Part shown: in pieces, positions 34,352 to 46,081 of the stretch
Position numbering within the stretch: position 1 is the stretch's first letter
Layout: every line of letters starts with the position of its first letter
Assembly (NCBI GenBank): GCA_943788175.1
Contig: CALSPG010000005.1
Location: 326,211 to 390,210, forward strand
DNA: 64,000 bases
Reading direction: 5' to 3'
From: an uncultured bacterium
GTDB lineage: Bacteria; Fidelibacterota; Marinisomatia; Marinisomatales; UBA1611
The notes under the pieces: generated by a model
Seen by the model: only the letters and a program-made list of their open reading frames with translations
What the model was told of the DNA's origin: nothing
The model's database searches: none
Translations under genes and position numbers: made by a program

Positions 34352-35198
34352 AAGATTAGGAAAAGGTATTAATGCAATAATTAATACGAACTCTAAAAAA
34401 GGTGAAAAAACCATCAGTGCACCAGGTGTAAGTAAAATACAACTAAAAGATATTAAGCCAAATCCTGACCAACCAAGACGAGACTTTAATGAAAAGTCTT
34501 TAGATGAATTATGCTCTTCTATTAAAGAGAAAGGTATTATCACCCCGATTACAGTTAGAGAGCATGCCGGGACTTATGAAATCATTGCTGGAGAAAGAAG
34601 GTGGCGAGCAGCAAAAAAGGCAAAGCTTCGCTCTGTTCCTGCGTATGTTATTAATATTAAAAATGCGTCTGAAATGATGGAAGTTGCTCTCATTGAAAAC
34701 ATTCAAAGAGAGAATTTAAACCCTATTGAAGAAGCTGAAGGTTATGCGATTTTGAATAGTCAGCATAATTTATCCCATGATGACATCGCTAAAACAATTG
34801 GTAAAAAGCGAACTACTGTTTCTAATGCTCTTCGCCTACTTAAGCTCCCGCCAGAAATTCGTAAAAGCATACGGAATGGAAAGATTTCTGCTGGCCATGG
34901 TAGGGCTATACTTCAGAAAAAATCTGTTCCAGCTATGGAAAATTTATGGAAAAAAATTATTAATGATTCGTTAAGTGTTAGAGCAGCTGAAGCACTTGTA
35001 AAACCTAAGCTTAAAACAAGAGTTGTAAAAAAAATAAAAATTCATAAGGCTCCTGCTCGCGCAATTGAAAATCAGTTGGTCGAGATTTTTGGAACAAAAG
35101 TAAAATTGAAGCCCGCTCAGGTTGGAGGGTCGATAGAAATAACCTACTTTTCAGATGATGATTTGGAGAGAATTATTGATCTTCTTCAGTCACTATAA
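34341..35198 (+). CDS. parB: Chromosome-partitioning protein ParB/Spo0J (GTG start)
   Basis: NPDQPRRDF, IIAGERRWRAAK and an HTH segment (IAKTIGKKRTTVSNALRLLKLP). Confidence 0.9.
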   Translation: MSSKRLGKGINAIINTNSKKGEKTISAPGVSKIQLKDIKPNPDQPRRDFNEKSLDELCSSIKEKGIITPITVREHAGTYEIIAGERRWRAAKKAKLRSVPAYVINIKNASEMMEVALIENIQRENLNPIEEAEGYAILNSQHNLSHDDIAKTIGKKRTTVSNALRLLKLPPEIRKSIRNGKISAGHGRAILQKKSVPAMENLWKKIINDSLSVRAAEALVKPKLKTRVVKKIKIHKAPARAIENQLVEIFGTKVKLKPAQVGGSIEITYFSDDDLERIIDLLQSL

Positions 35199-35203
35199 TT
35201 TTT

Positions 35204-35983
35204 ATGGCTAAAAAATTCACTCTTGTTGTTATACCTGACGATGATTCTGAAACAAGGTCCTATAGCTTCAACAAGTTTTTTTTAAACTTTTCATTAGTTG
35301 TATTAGTTGTATTCTTTTTCACGAGTGCATTAATATTATTCTTTTCTATTCCGCGAATTGCTAATTATGAAGAATTAGATAATAAATATAGCGTTTTAGT
35401 AAATGAACGAATGAAAGTTCTTAAACTAGCAGAGAACTTGGAACGATTAAACCAAATGGATGAATTTGTTAGAAATTCTTTGGGCTCAGAGTTTAATTTT
35501 TCTGAAAAACCTGAAATTATTGATAGTGTCTTAATGATCATCCCTGATGACCAGTTAATTTCTTTCTCTGATAATATTCCATCTGTTATTCCGATAGAAG
35601 GGTTTGTAAGCAAGCGGATGGAAGGTGCTTTTTCAAATGTTGATAACTTGCATGGTGGAATTGATATAGTTGCAAAGCAAGGAACTCCTATTAAATCTAC
35701 TTCTGCTGGTGTGGTAGTTTTTTCAGGTTGGACTTATAAAATGGGAAATCTAATAATAATTTACCATGGCGATGATTACTTAACTCATTATGGGCATAAC
35801 CAACAAAACATCGTTTCAAGGCTTGATATGGTCAAAAAAGGAGATGTGATAGGATTAGTCGGTAATACAGGCATTTCATCTGGGCCTCATTTGCATTTCG
35901 AAATTTGGAAAGGCGGAAGGTCGATTGACCCGCTGATATATTTTCCAGAATTGATTAAAAAAGACTTAACTTTAAAAAAGTGA
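35204..35983 (+). CDS. M23-family metallopeptidase (membrane-anchored)
   Basis: HGGIDI, THYGHN and GPHLHFEIW. Confidence 0.85.
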   Translation: MAKKFTLVVIPDDDSETRSYSFNKFFLNFSLVVLVVFFFTSALILFFSIPRIANYEELDNKYSVLVNERMKVLKLAENLERLNQMDEFVRNSLGSEFNFSEKPEIIDSVLMIIPDDQLISFSDNIPSVIPIEGFVSKRMEGAFSNVDNLHGGIDIVAKQGTPIKSTSAGVVVFSGWTYKMGNLIIIYHGDDYLTHYGHNQQNIVSRLDMVKKGDVIGLVGNTGISSGPHLHFEIWKGGRSIDPLIYFPELIKKDLTLKK

Positions 35984-36354
35984 TGATTAAATCTAAATTT
36001 AAAAATGTTCACACGATGATAGGTCCGGATGCCGTACTAAAAGGCTCTATTAAGCTTGAGCAAGGATTAATTGTTTATGGACAAGTATTTGGGGACGTTC
36101 AAACTAGAGGATCTATTAGAATAGCTCGTGGGGCAATGGTTGACGGCAATGTAACAGGCGCCAGTATTGTGCTTGGTGGGAAAGTTGTAGGACATTTGAA
36201 ATCTGAGGGATCTGTTATATTAAAAAAAACAAGCGAGTTAAAAGGGAATATTAGTTACAGAAAATTGCATATTGAAGATGGCGCTCAATTTGAGGGGCAA
36301 TGCGACTTGGTCTTGGATTCTTCAGGCCCATCAACACCGAACAAAGTGGTTTAA
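35980..36354 (+). CDS. Bactofilin-family cytoskeletal protein
   Basis: Repetitive beta-helix pattern: G.I.....V.V.G.V.G.V. Confidence 0.7.
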   Translation: MMIKSKFKNVHTMIGPDAVLKGSIKLEQGLIVYGQVFGDVQTRGSIRIARGAMVDGNVTGASIVLGGKVVGHLKSEGSVILKKTSELKGNISYRKLHIEDGAQFEGQCDLVLDSSGPSTPNKVV

Positions 36355-36423
36355 AATAAGAGTTTATTAAAAAAACTTATTTTGAATTTTTTTCAAAAAG
36401 TTTTGCAAAAAGCTGTTCCAGTT

Positions 36424-36597
36424 ATGTCTGCAGTTCATTCTTTGTTTTCTTACGTTATTATTTTATCAATCTTTGGGTATTTTTTAGATAATAGTTTTAA
36501 TACGTTTCCACTGCTGTTTTTAATTGCTCTTTTCATGGGCTTAATAATCGGTTTTTATCAATTATCACGAGCAACAAATTTTAAAAAAAAGAGTTGA
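36424..36597 (+). CDS. AtpZ/AtpI-like small membrane protein preceding the atp operon
   Basis: A two-TM protein (FGYFLDNSFNTFPLLFLIALFMGLIIGFYQL) in the usual position. The start could be the TTG at 36382 or the ATG at 36424. Confidence 0.5.
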   Translation: MSAVHSLFSYVIILSIFGYFLDNSFNTFPLLFLIALFMGLIIGFYQLSRATNFKKKS

Positions 36598-36804
36598 TAT
36601 CACTTATTTGGTTGTCTGTCAAGATTGTTATAATTCTCAGTTTTATGATAAGGCATAGCACATTATTTAAAAAAGTATTTAAATAATCAATGATATTTAT
36701 TTTAAACCCACAGCTTTTATGCTTACCTTTGCGACCTTAAATGTAGTATTTATTTAGTCTTTAACTATAAAACTAATAATTAACGATTACGGATTTATAT
36801 TAAA

Positions 36805-37722
36805 ATGGTAGCTGCCAACTCCAGTCATAGTAATCAGACTGTCCTAGAACAGGTTGGTCCTAATATTATCCATCATGTTTCTAATTCAGATATAACTCAC
36901 CCAATAATACAGTTGCCTTCATTTTTTGGTATTGATTTTTCAGTTACGAAACATGTTCTAATGTTATGGCTTGTAGCGTTTATAGTTTCAATCGTAGTGA
37001 TTCTGCCAATAAGAAAATATTTATCTAGTAATGGTAAAAAGAAGTCTAATTGGGTTTCTCTAATAGAGTATATAGTTGAGTTTGTGAAAGATACAATTGC
37101 TGCGCCAAATGTTGGTCCTAATTGGGTCATGACATGGACGCCTCTTTTTTTAACATTTTTCTTTTTTATTCTTTTTGCAAACGGTATCGGCATGATTCCA
37201 ATATTTGATACCATAGGTTTACTAGATAGGTTCCTTTTAAAGACTGATTCGCATTCAACAATTAATAATTTGCTTCATGGCGGTGTAACGGCAACTGGAA
37301 ACTTTAATGTAACAGCTGGCCTTGCGGCAGTCACTTTTTTCTCTATCATAATCGCAGGTGTCAAAAAACATGGTTTTATCAAGCATTGGGCAAATCTTGT
37401 CCCTCATGGCTTAGCTTGGCCAGTATATATTATTTTGATTCCGATTGAACTAATGGGGCTCTTTGTAAAACCATTTGCTCTAACCATGAGACTTGCAGCA
37501 AATATGACAGGAGGGCATATTGCAATATTAGCTCTTTTATCGCTTATGGCTATAATTGGAGAAATGTTTTCAGCCGCGGCCGGAATAGGTGTAGCATTTG
37601 TATCTATACCAATGGCTGCTGCAATATCAGGTTTGGAAATTATAGTAGTGCTTGTTCAAGCATATGTTTTTACTTTATTATCGGCTGTGTTTGTTGGCAT
37701 GGCTATCAATGTACATCATTAA
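36805..37722 (+). CDS. atpB: F0F1 ATP synthase subunit a
   Basis: LTMRLAANMTGGHI (essential Arg) and a polytopic layout. Confidence 0.9.
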   Translation: MVAANSSHSNQTVLEQVGPNIIHHVSNSDITHPIIQLPSFFGIDFSVTKHVLMLWLVAFIVSIVVILPIRKYLSSNGKKKSNWVSLIEYIVEFVKDTIAAPNVGPNWVMTWTPLFLTFFFFILFANGIGMIPIFDTIGLLDRFLLKTDSHSTINNLLHGGVTATGNFNVTAGLAAVTFFSIIIAGVKKHGFIKHWANLVPHGLAWPVYIILIPIELMGLFVKPFALTMRLAANMTGGHIAILALLSLMAIIGEMFSAAAGIGVAFVSIPMAAAISGLEIIVVLVQAYVFTLLSAVFVGMAINVHH

Positions 37723-37746
37723 CAAAATAAAAAAAGGAAGTATATA

Positions 37747-37962
37747 ATGGATGGAACTTTATTAGTACCTATTGGATTAGGAATAGTTGTAATAGGCGCA
37801 GCGCTTGGAATATCAAAATTTGCAGCAGCAGCAGCAGAAGCTATTGCTCGGCAGCCTGAAGCTGCTGATAAGATTAGTGGGGTAGTTCAATTGCCGCTTT
37901 TCTTATTAGAGGGTGTGGCTATTCTTGCTGAAGTATTCATATTCTTAATGCTGATTCTGTAA
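37747..37962 (+). CDS. atpE: F0F1 ATP synthase subunit c
   Basis: ARQPE loop and the carboxylate in LLEGVAILA. 71 aa hairpin. Confidence 0.9.
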   Translation: MDGTLLVPIGLGIVVIGAALGISKFAAAAAEAIARQPEAADKISGVVQLPLFLLEGVAILAEVFIFLMLIL

Positions 37963-37965
37963 ACG

Positions 37966-38541
37966 ATGAATCAATATTGGACTATTCCAGGGGATAATGC
38001 GCTCCATGAGTCAACTGGTACTCATGGAGCACAATCTGAGCAAAATCCTTTAGTCAAATTAGATCCGGGTCTTTTTATTTGGACGGTTTTAACATTTGTT
38101 TTATTGCTCACTGTTTTAGCCAAATTTGCTTGGAAACCTTTACTCTTAATGCTTGATGAGAGGAATAAGAGTATTGAAGAATCACTCCTATCCGCTGAAA
38201 AAGCTAGAAAGGAGCTCGAAAACATAAATCAAGAGTCTGAATCAATTTTAATGAAAGCAAGAACAGAGGCTCAGTCTATTGTTGGGGAAGCAAAATCAGC
38301 TGCTGATAATATGAAAGAGGATATTGTCTCGAAAGCAAGGTCTGAAGCAGAGGGTCAACTTGAAAAAGCAAAAATACAAATTAATGTTGAAAAAGATAAA
38401 GCTATGGCTGAAATCCGTGAAGAGGTTGTGAACCTCTCTATTCATGTTGCAGAAAAAATAATTAAAAAAAACATATCAAAAGAAGACAATGTTGAATTAA
38501 TTAAAAAGTCCTTAGATAGTATGGAAGGTTATGAAGCATAA
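37966..38541 (+). CDS. atpF: F0F1 ATP synthase subunit b
   Basis: A single TM segment followed by a long charged helix (LDERNKSIEESLLSAEKARKE...). Confidence 0.85.
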   Translation: MNQYWTIPGDNALHESTGTHGAQSEQNPLVKLDPGLFIWTVLTFVLLLTVLAKFAWKPLLLMLDERNKSIEESLLSAEKARKELENINQESESILMKARTEAQSIVGEAKSAADNMKEDIVSKARSEAEGQLEKAKIQINVEKDKAMAEIREEVVNLSIHVAEKIIKKNISKEDNVELIKKSLDSMEGYEA

Positions 38542-39070
38542 GTTTTCCGCAAAAAGGTTAGCAGATGTTCTTTTCGAATCTGCAAAATCCAACGGCAGTC
38601 TTGATTCGGCAAGGGATTCGATTACTGAGTTTGATAGAATTTTAAGAATAAATAATGACTTAAAAAGTTTTGTTCAATCAAAAAGGTTCTCTCAAACTGA
38701 AAAACAAGCAATATTAATTGATTCTTTAGGAGTTTCTTTTAATGGGCTTGTATTGGGCGTTGTGTCTTATGTCGATGGCATGTTAGCCCATAGAACTATT
38801 AATCAAATCAAAAAATCGTTTGTAGAAAAGTATAAACATGCCAAAAATATAGTTTCTGTTCATGCAATTTTTAGTGATCGAATCGGCGTTGACGATTTGA
38901 AGTTCATGGAAAAAAAAATAGGCAATCTCTTAAAAAAAGAAACAGAATTAACTACTGAAGTTGATGAGTCTTTGATTGGTGGCGCTAAATTTAGAATTGA
39001 AAACACATTTTTAGACGCATCTATTAAAAGCCAATTGAAAAATATTAAATCAGATTTAATGAAAATATAA
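38531..39070 (+). CDS. atpH: F0F1 ATP synthase subunit delta (OSCP)
   Basis: Position in the operon and the C-terminal VDESLIGGAKFRIENTFLDASIKSQL motif. Confidence 0.85.
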   Translation: MKHKFSAKRLADVLFESAKSNGSLDSARDSITEFDRILRINNDLKSFVQSKRFSQTEKQAILIDSLGVSFNGLVLGVVSYVDGMLAHRTINQIKKSFVEKYKHAKNIVSVHAIFSDRIGVDDLKFMEKKIGNLLKKETELTTEVDESLIGGAKFRIENTFLDASIKSQLKNIKSDLMKI

Positions 39071-39081
39071 GTTAGGAAATT

Positions 39082-40606
39082 ATGGAAATTAAAACAGATC
39101 AAATAACAGAGTTGCTCAAAAAGCAATTAGAAAAATATGATAATGATATTGATGTCTCTGAAGTTGGTGAAATTATAGAGGTTGGAGACGGGGGTAGCAA
39201 GGGCTTCAGGCCTAGAAAACGTAATGAGTTCAGAATTGGTTGAGCTTCCCAATGGCGTTTTTGGTATGGCACTGAACCTTGAAGAGGACAATGTCGGACT
39301 TGTTTTATTTGGAGATACTAGATTAGTCAAAGAAGGTGATATCGCAAAAAGAACTGGGAAAGTTGTTGAAGTACCGGTTGGTAAAGAAATGCTTGGTAGA
39401 ATAGTTAACCCTCTAGGTCAACCTATTGATGGTAAAGGGCCTATTAACACGAGTGAGTCATTACCTGTTGAGCGAAAAGCGCTCGGAGTTATGGCAAGAA
39501 GTCCTGTGAATCAACCATTACAGACTGGGATCAAAGCAATCGATAGTATGGTTCCAATTGGAAGAGGGCAGCGAGAACTAATCATTGGAGATAGGCAGAC
39601 AGGTAAAACTGCTGTTGCTATTGATGCTATTATTAATCAAAAACATTCTCATTCGACTGATGCACCAGTTTATTGTGTTTATGTAGCGATTGGACAGAAG
39701 GCATCAACTGTTGCTAGTTTGGTTTCAGAACTTGAAGCACAGGGTGCAATGGAATACACTGTTGTAGTGGCTGCTAATGCTTCTGATCCTGCGCCTATGC
39801 AGTATATTGCGCCTTATGCCGGTTGTTCTATGGGAGAATATTTTAGGGATAAAGGACAACATGCCCTGATTGTTTATGATGACTTATCTAAACAAGCGGT
39901 TGCATATAGACAGATGTCATTGGTTTTAAGAAGGCCTCCTGGAAGAGAAGCTTTTCCAGGTGATGTTTTCTATTTGCATAGCCGCCTTTTAGAGAGGGCC
40001 TCTAAATTGTCAGAAGATCTCGGCGGTGGTTCTCTAACAGCTCTTCCGATAATTGAAACGCAAGAAGGTGATGTTTCAGCATATATTCCAACAAATGTTA
40101 TTTCAATTACAGATGGTCAGATTTTTCTAGAAACAAATTTATTTAATTCAGGAATTCGTCCAGCTATTGATGTGGGTCTATCTGTATCACGTGTAGGTGG
40201 TAATGCTCAAATTAAAGCAATGAAGAAGGTTGCTGGTACTTTAAGACTTGACTTAGCTCAATTTAGAGAACTAGAAGCTTTTGCTAAATTTGGATCAGAT
40301 CTAGATAAATCTACTCTATCGCAACTGGCAAGAGGTGAAAGAATGGTCGAAATTCTGAAGCAAAACCAGTACGTGCCTATGACTGTTGAGAGGCAAATAG
40401 CTATCATATTTGCTGCTTCAAAAGGACATCTTGATGATATTGCGATAGAGCAAGTAGCTAATTTTGAAAGCAGTCTTTTTGACTACCTTGATGCAAATGC
40501 GGCTGCACAGCTTAAAGCAATAAGTGACGCTGGTGATCTTAATGACGAGCAAGGTAAAGATCTCGAAAAAGTTATTATTGATTTTAAAAATAGTTTCATA
40601 TCATAA
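39082..40606 (+). CDS. atpA: F0F1 ATP synthase subunit alpha (apparent frameshift in the G5 run at 39190-39194)
   Basis: [37 protein letters not shown] is followed, after a shift, by [21 protein letters not shown]... into the 474-aa ORF, which carries GDRQTGKT. The expected GDGVARA junction needs G4, not G5. Confidence 0.9.
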
Positions 40607-40609
40607 TTA

Positions 40610-41464
40610 GTGGCTAGTCTAAAAGACATCCGGGACAGAATAAAATCTGTCAAAAGTATCCAAAAAGTTACCAGTGCTATGAAGATGGTTGCTGCTGCAA
40701 AAGTTCGGAAAGCACAAGAGAAAATGGAGCAGGCTAGGCCTTATACATATGCTCTGGAAGAGACGATAAATCATATCTTGCCAGATGTTAGTAGAGGGGA
40801 TTTGGATTTATTAAATGTCCGGGAAATTAGACGAAAAGCATATGTCATTGTTTCGGCTGATAGAGGACTAGCTGGTGGATTTAATTCTAACATAATAAAA
40901 GTTGCTGAAAAAGAAATTGCAGAATTCGGAAAAGAAAATGTAGACTTGTTCTGTATTGGAAAGAAAGCTAGAGATCATTTTAAAAGAAGAGACTATAATA
41001 TTATAGAAAGCCATATTGATTTTTGGAGCGAACTAAATTTCGATAATGCTATGATGATTGGTAGAAGTGCTATTGAGCATTTCACAAGTGGTAAGGTTGA
41101 TGAAATACACGTTATCTATAATTATTTTGTAAATATGGCTCAACAAGAAATAAAGTCAGAAGTATTACTTCCTCTATCTTATCACGATGAGGGTTTTGAA
41201 GAAAAAGACAGATTATATGAACCATCGAAAGAGGTATTAGTCAGTTCATTAGTACCTAGGCATTTGAATATCCAAATATGGAAGTATCTCCTTGAGTCAT
41301 ATGCAAGTGAGCAAGCAGCCAGAATGATGGCGATGGAGAATGCAACAACAAATGCAGGGGATATGATAAAAAGTTTAACATTGGAGTTTAATAAGGCAAG
41401 GCAAGCGGCTATCACAACAGAAATGCTTGAAATAGTCAGTGGTGCTGAAGCTTTAAAAGAGTAA
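40610..41464 (+). CDS. atpG: F0F1 ATP synthase subunit gamma (GTG start)
   Basis: MASLKDIRDRIKSVKSIQKVTSAMKMVAAAK... and the C-terminal ITTEMLEIVSGAEAL. Confidence 0.9.
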   Translation: MASLKDIRDRIKSVKSIQKVTSAMKMVAAAKVRKAQEKMEQARPYTYALEETINHILPDVSRGDLDLLNVREIRRKAYVIVSADRGLAGGFNSNIIKVAEKEIAEFGKENVDLFCIGKKARDHFKRRDYNIIESHIDFWSELNFDNAMMIGRSAIEHFTSGKVDEIHVIYNYFVNMAQQEIKSEVLLPLSYHDEGFEEKDRLYEPSKEVLVSSLVPRHLNIQIWKYLLESYASEQAARMMAMENATTNAGDMIKSLTLEFNKARQAAITTEMLEIVSGAEALKE

Positions 41465-42882
<1,418 letters not shown>

Positions 42883-42883
<1 letters not shown>

Positions 42884-43281
42884 TGGACTCTTTTGTTGTT
42901 GAAATTGTAACGCCTATTAGGGTTGTTAATCAAGAAAATGTAAAGTATTTAAGGTGCCCTGGCATTGATGGGTCCTTTGGTGTGATGAAAAACCATAGAA
43001 ACGGTGTCATTGCTCTTGATGTTGGAGAAATTAAAGTTGAGACTAAAGATGATGTTGAATGGTACGCTACTAGTGGTGGCTTTGTTGAGATTTTGGATAA
43101 TAAAGTTGAATTATTATTAGAATCAGTCGAGCGATCTAACGAGATAGATGTTAAAAGAGCTTCTGGCGCTCTGGAAAGAGCAAGCCAGAGAAAAAAAAAT
43201 ACCAAAGAGCCTATTGACAATATGCGTTTAGAGGCATCACTATTAAGAGCAGTGAATAGGCTGAGAGTATCCAAAAAATAA
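42883..43281 (+). CDS. atpC: F0F1 ATP synthase subunit epsilon (GTG start)
   Basis: Position in the operon, an N-terminal beta-sandwich pattern and a C-terminal helical hairpin. Confidence 0.85.
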
Positions 43282-43352
43282 TCTTAATTGAATTCACCTG
43301 TAAATCCTCTTTTTATTTTTAATGCATTTTCTTTTTACTTTATATTCTTATA

Positions 43353-45104
43353 ATGTATAAACGAACACATACCTGCGGAGAGTTAGACAAATCTTACATA
43401 GGTGAAAAAGTCATATTAAATGGCTGGGTCAACACATCAAGGTTGCATGGTAAAGTTGTTTTTATCGATTTAAGAGATAGGTATGGTAAAACGCAACTAG
43501 TTCTTGATGAAACTACTTTTATTAATGAATTCGATAGCATTAAAAAACTGTCCAGTGAAGATGTTATTTCTGTAGAGGGAATAGTTAAAATCAGAGATGG
43601 TGGCGCTGAAAATACCAAAATGAAAACGGGCGCAATAGAAATAGCTGTATCTAAATTTTTATTGTTGAATAAAGCTTCCACATTGCCCTTTGTGCTAACT
43701 GATCGCAATAGTTCTGAAGAGCAGCTTAGATTAAAATATCGTTATCTCGAGTTGCGATTTGATGAACTTCAAAATAACATTATTACTAGACACGAAACAT
43801 ATCAGGCTGTAAGGAAATATCTTTCAAAAAATAATTTTCTTGAAATTGAGACTCCTATTTTAATGAAATCAACTCCAGAAGGTGCTCGAGATTTTCTGGT
43901 ACCTAGTCGCGTTCAAAAAGGTAAATTTTATGCATTGCCTCAATCCCCACAAATATATAAACAAATTTTAATGATATCAGGGTACGATAGATATTTTCAA
44001 GTTGTAAAGTGTTTTAGAGATGAAGACCTCAGAGCAGATAGACAACCAGAATTCACTCAAATAGATATTGAAATGTCTTTTGTGGATGAAGAAACTATTT
44101 TCTCGCACATGGAAAACTTAACTAGACATATTTTTAAATCAGTGAAGAACATAGATCTGCCCGATACGTTTCCTAGAATTACGTATAAAGAAGCGATGGA
44201 GAGATATGGTTCGGATAAGCCAGACACGAGGTATGGTATGGAACTTATTGATATCAAGCCGTTTACTGATAAATCTGAATTTAAAGCTTTTAGTAATGTT
44301 GAATTTGTCAAGGCTATCGTTGTTGATTCGGGAGCTAAGTTTTCACGGAAAGTAATAGATGAGTTAACTGATATTGCTAAAAAAAGCGGCGCTAAAGGAC
44401 TTGCGTGGATGAAATTTCAAGATGGAAGCCTTAGTGGCGGTATATCAAAGTTTTTTTCTGAAGTTTTACAAAAAAATATGGTTAAAAGTTTAAACCTTAA
44501 AAATGATGAGATAATATTAATCGTTGGAGATCAGCAAAATATTGTATGTAAAACACTAGGAAAACTTCGTACTTTGATAGCTTCTAGAGAAAAATTAACA
44601 GATAAAAATTTATTTAACCCTATTTGGGTTACTGAGTTTCCTATGTTTGATTTTGATGAAAAAAGCGACCGTTATGTGGCCATGCACCACCCGTTCACAG
44701 CTCCTAGAGAGTCTGACATTGATAAACTTAATAGTGAACCAGCTACCGCTCTTAGTCGCGGTTATGATTTAACAATGAATGGCCATGAAATTGCTGGTGG
44801 TTCTATTCGTATACATTCTCCAGAAATTCAAGAAAAAGTTTTTTCTCTTTTAGGGTTAACTCAAAAAGAGGCTGTAGAAAAATTTGGGTTTTTGGTGGAA
44901 GCGCTACGATATGGTGCTCCTCCACATGGAGGAATTGCATTTGGGTTTGATAGGTTAGTAATGCTGTTAGCTGGAACTGAAAATATTCGCGATGTCATTG
45001 CATTTCCAAAAACTACATCAGCTACATCTTTAATGGATGAAAGCCCAAGTTATGTCGATAATAATCAGCTTAAGGATCTAGGGCTTAAGCTAGATAGTAA
45101 CTAA
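43353..45104 (+). CDS. aspS: Aspartate--tRNA ligase
   Basis: LRDRYG, FRDEDLRADRQPEFTQID, and GGIAFGFDRLVMLL (class II motif 3). Confidence 0.95.
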   Translation: MYKRTHTCGELDKSYIGEKVILNGWVNTSRLHGKVVFIDLRDRYGKTQLVLDETTFINEFDSIKKLSSEDVISVEGIVKIRDGGAENTKMKTGAIEIAVSKFLLLNKASTLPFVLTDRNSSEEQLRLKYRYLELRFDELQNNIITRHETYQAVRKYLSKNNFLEIETPILMKSTPEGARDFLVPSRVQKGKFYALPQSPQIYKQILMISGYDRYFQVVKCFRDEDLRADRQPEFTQIDIEMSFVDEETIFSHMENLTRHIFKSVKNIDLPDTFPRITYKEAMERYGSDKPDTRYGMELIDIKPFTDKSEFKAFSNVEFVKAIVVDSGAKFSRKVIDELTDIAKKSGAKGLAWMKFQDGSLSGGISKFFSEVLQKNMVKSLNLKNDEIILIVGDQQNIVCKTLGKLRTLIASREKLTDKNLFNPIWVTEFPMFDFDEKSDRYVAMHHPFTAPRESDIDKLNSEPATALSRGYDLTMNGHEIAGGSIRIHSPEIQEKVFSLLGLTQKEAVEKFGFLVEALRYGAPPHGGIAFGFDRLVMLLAGTENIRDVIAFPKTTSATSLMDESPSYVDNNQLKDLGLKLDSN

Positions 45105-45746
45105 TTAATTATTAAATAGTTTACTTATTAAACCGACGGAATTTTTTGCACATATTTGTGTTGTGCTTGATAGTTCTATACCACTATACCAATAAGAATG
45201 AGTCCAAACTAAAAGTCCGGTGTCTTCATCTTTGATTTTTAGTATTACTCCAACTCTCGCTTGCGTATATTCAATTTTTCCGCTTTCTTGGATCGAGCCA
45301 CCGTCTGTAGTGGTGGTGGTAGATGTTGTCGCAATAGCATTTTTTTCACTGCCGCTGGAAGCCGACGATTGAGTGATTGTAGTTTCAATCGTCCCTTTAT
45401 CTTCAAGTCGATAGGGGATTAGAATGGTCTCTCTATCTGTATAATCTGTTAATGTGCACGACAATGTAAGTGTCTTTTTACCTTTGTTATTTAGGTTAAT
45501 CACTGTTTTATTATTGTTAAGCTGAGATACGTTGAAACCATTTTTCATGAACATAAACGATATGTTGTCTTCCATTATTTGTCCTGAACCAGGCCTATTT
45601 ACATGGTCAGCTATTTTATCAAGATTTATAACACTTACTAGGTCAAAATTATAGCTTTCATTTATTGCGGGAGCATCAAAGCAACTTACATTTAAAGATA
45701 TTATTACAAAAAATATTAATTTGTTTTTGAACAAGTTAAAACCCAT
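45105..45746 (-). CDS. Hypothetical lipoprotein (213 aa)
   Basis: Lipobox LNVSC and a Thr/Ser-rich linker. The C-terminus ARVGVILKIKDEDTGLLVW resembles CsgG/LpoB-type lipoproteins only loosely. Confidence 0.45.
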   Translation of the reverse strand: MGFNLFKNKLIFFVIISLNVSCFDAPAINESYNFDLVSVINLDKIADHVNRPGSGQIMEDNISFMFMKNGFNVSQLNNNKTVINLNNKGKKTLTLSCTLTDYTDRETILIPYRLEDKGTIETTITQSSASSGSEKNAIATTSTTTTTDGGSIQESGKIEYTQARVGVILKIKDEDTGLLVWTHSYWYSGIELSSTTQICAKNSVGLISKLFNN

Positions 45747-46065
45747 TTAAGTATTCTAAATGTATATTGGCTTCATTGATTATTTCTTGATCTTTTGAAT
45801 AACGAATACAATCTTTCCAAGCAAGAATTGAATTTTCATCTTCTGATAAGGCTTCGTAAAGAAGAGCTTTTAATTTATAAATTTGGGCATTTTTCGGTTC
45901 ATTTTTAAGTGCATTATTAAGCTGCTTTAATGATTCTTCAAATAAGCCGACTTCCATTGCTGATATTGCTCGTTTTAAGTAGTTATCTGACTGACCAGAC
46001 AAAGGGGATGAAAAGGTTAACAGAACCATTAGGGTAAATAATTTTATTATTGATGTTTTTATCAT
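45736..46065 (-). CDS. TPR-repeat protein (109 aa, secreted)
   Basis: Signal peptide plus a TPR-like AISAMEVGLFEESLKQLNNALKNEPKNAQIYKLKALLYEAL. Confidence 0.55.
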   Translation of the reverse strand: MIKTSIIKLFTLMVLLTFSSPLSGQSDNYLKRAISAMEVGLFEESLKQLNNALKNEPKNAQIYKLKALLYEALSEDENSILAWKDCIRYSKDQEIINEANIHLEYLNGF

Positions 46066-46081
46066 TTTCTAGTTACCCCGT

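Noticed and set aside
33425-35300. A parS site (TGTTNCACGTGAAACA-type) near parAB, or an origin-of-replication context
   Set aside because: Reading the parAB region and its flanks by eye, I found no match to the consensus. No dnaA, dnaN or DnaA-box cluster is present in the window. A computational scan could still find a degenerate site.
42930-43274. Long antisense ORFs inside conserved genes. Examples are 114 aa opposite atpC, 111 aa at 41182-41517, 108 aa at 13792-14118, the ORFs opposite secD/secF, and those at 53957-54304 and 47385-47702
   Set aside because: Each lies entirely within a gene with strong homology on the other strand and has low-complexity composition. This is typical of chance ORFs, and I saw no independent signals such as an RBS or a conserved motif.
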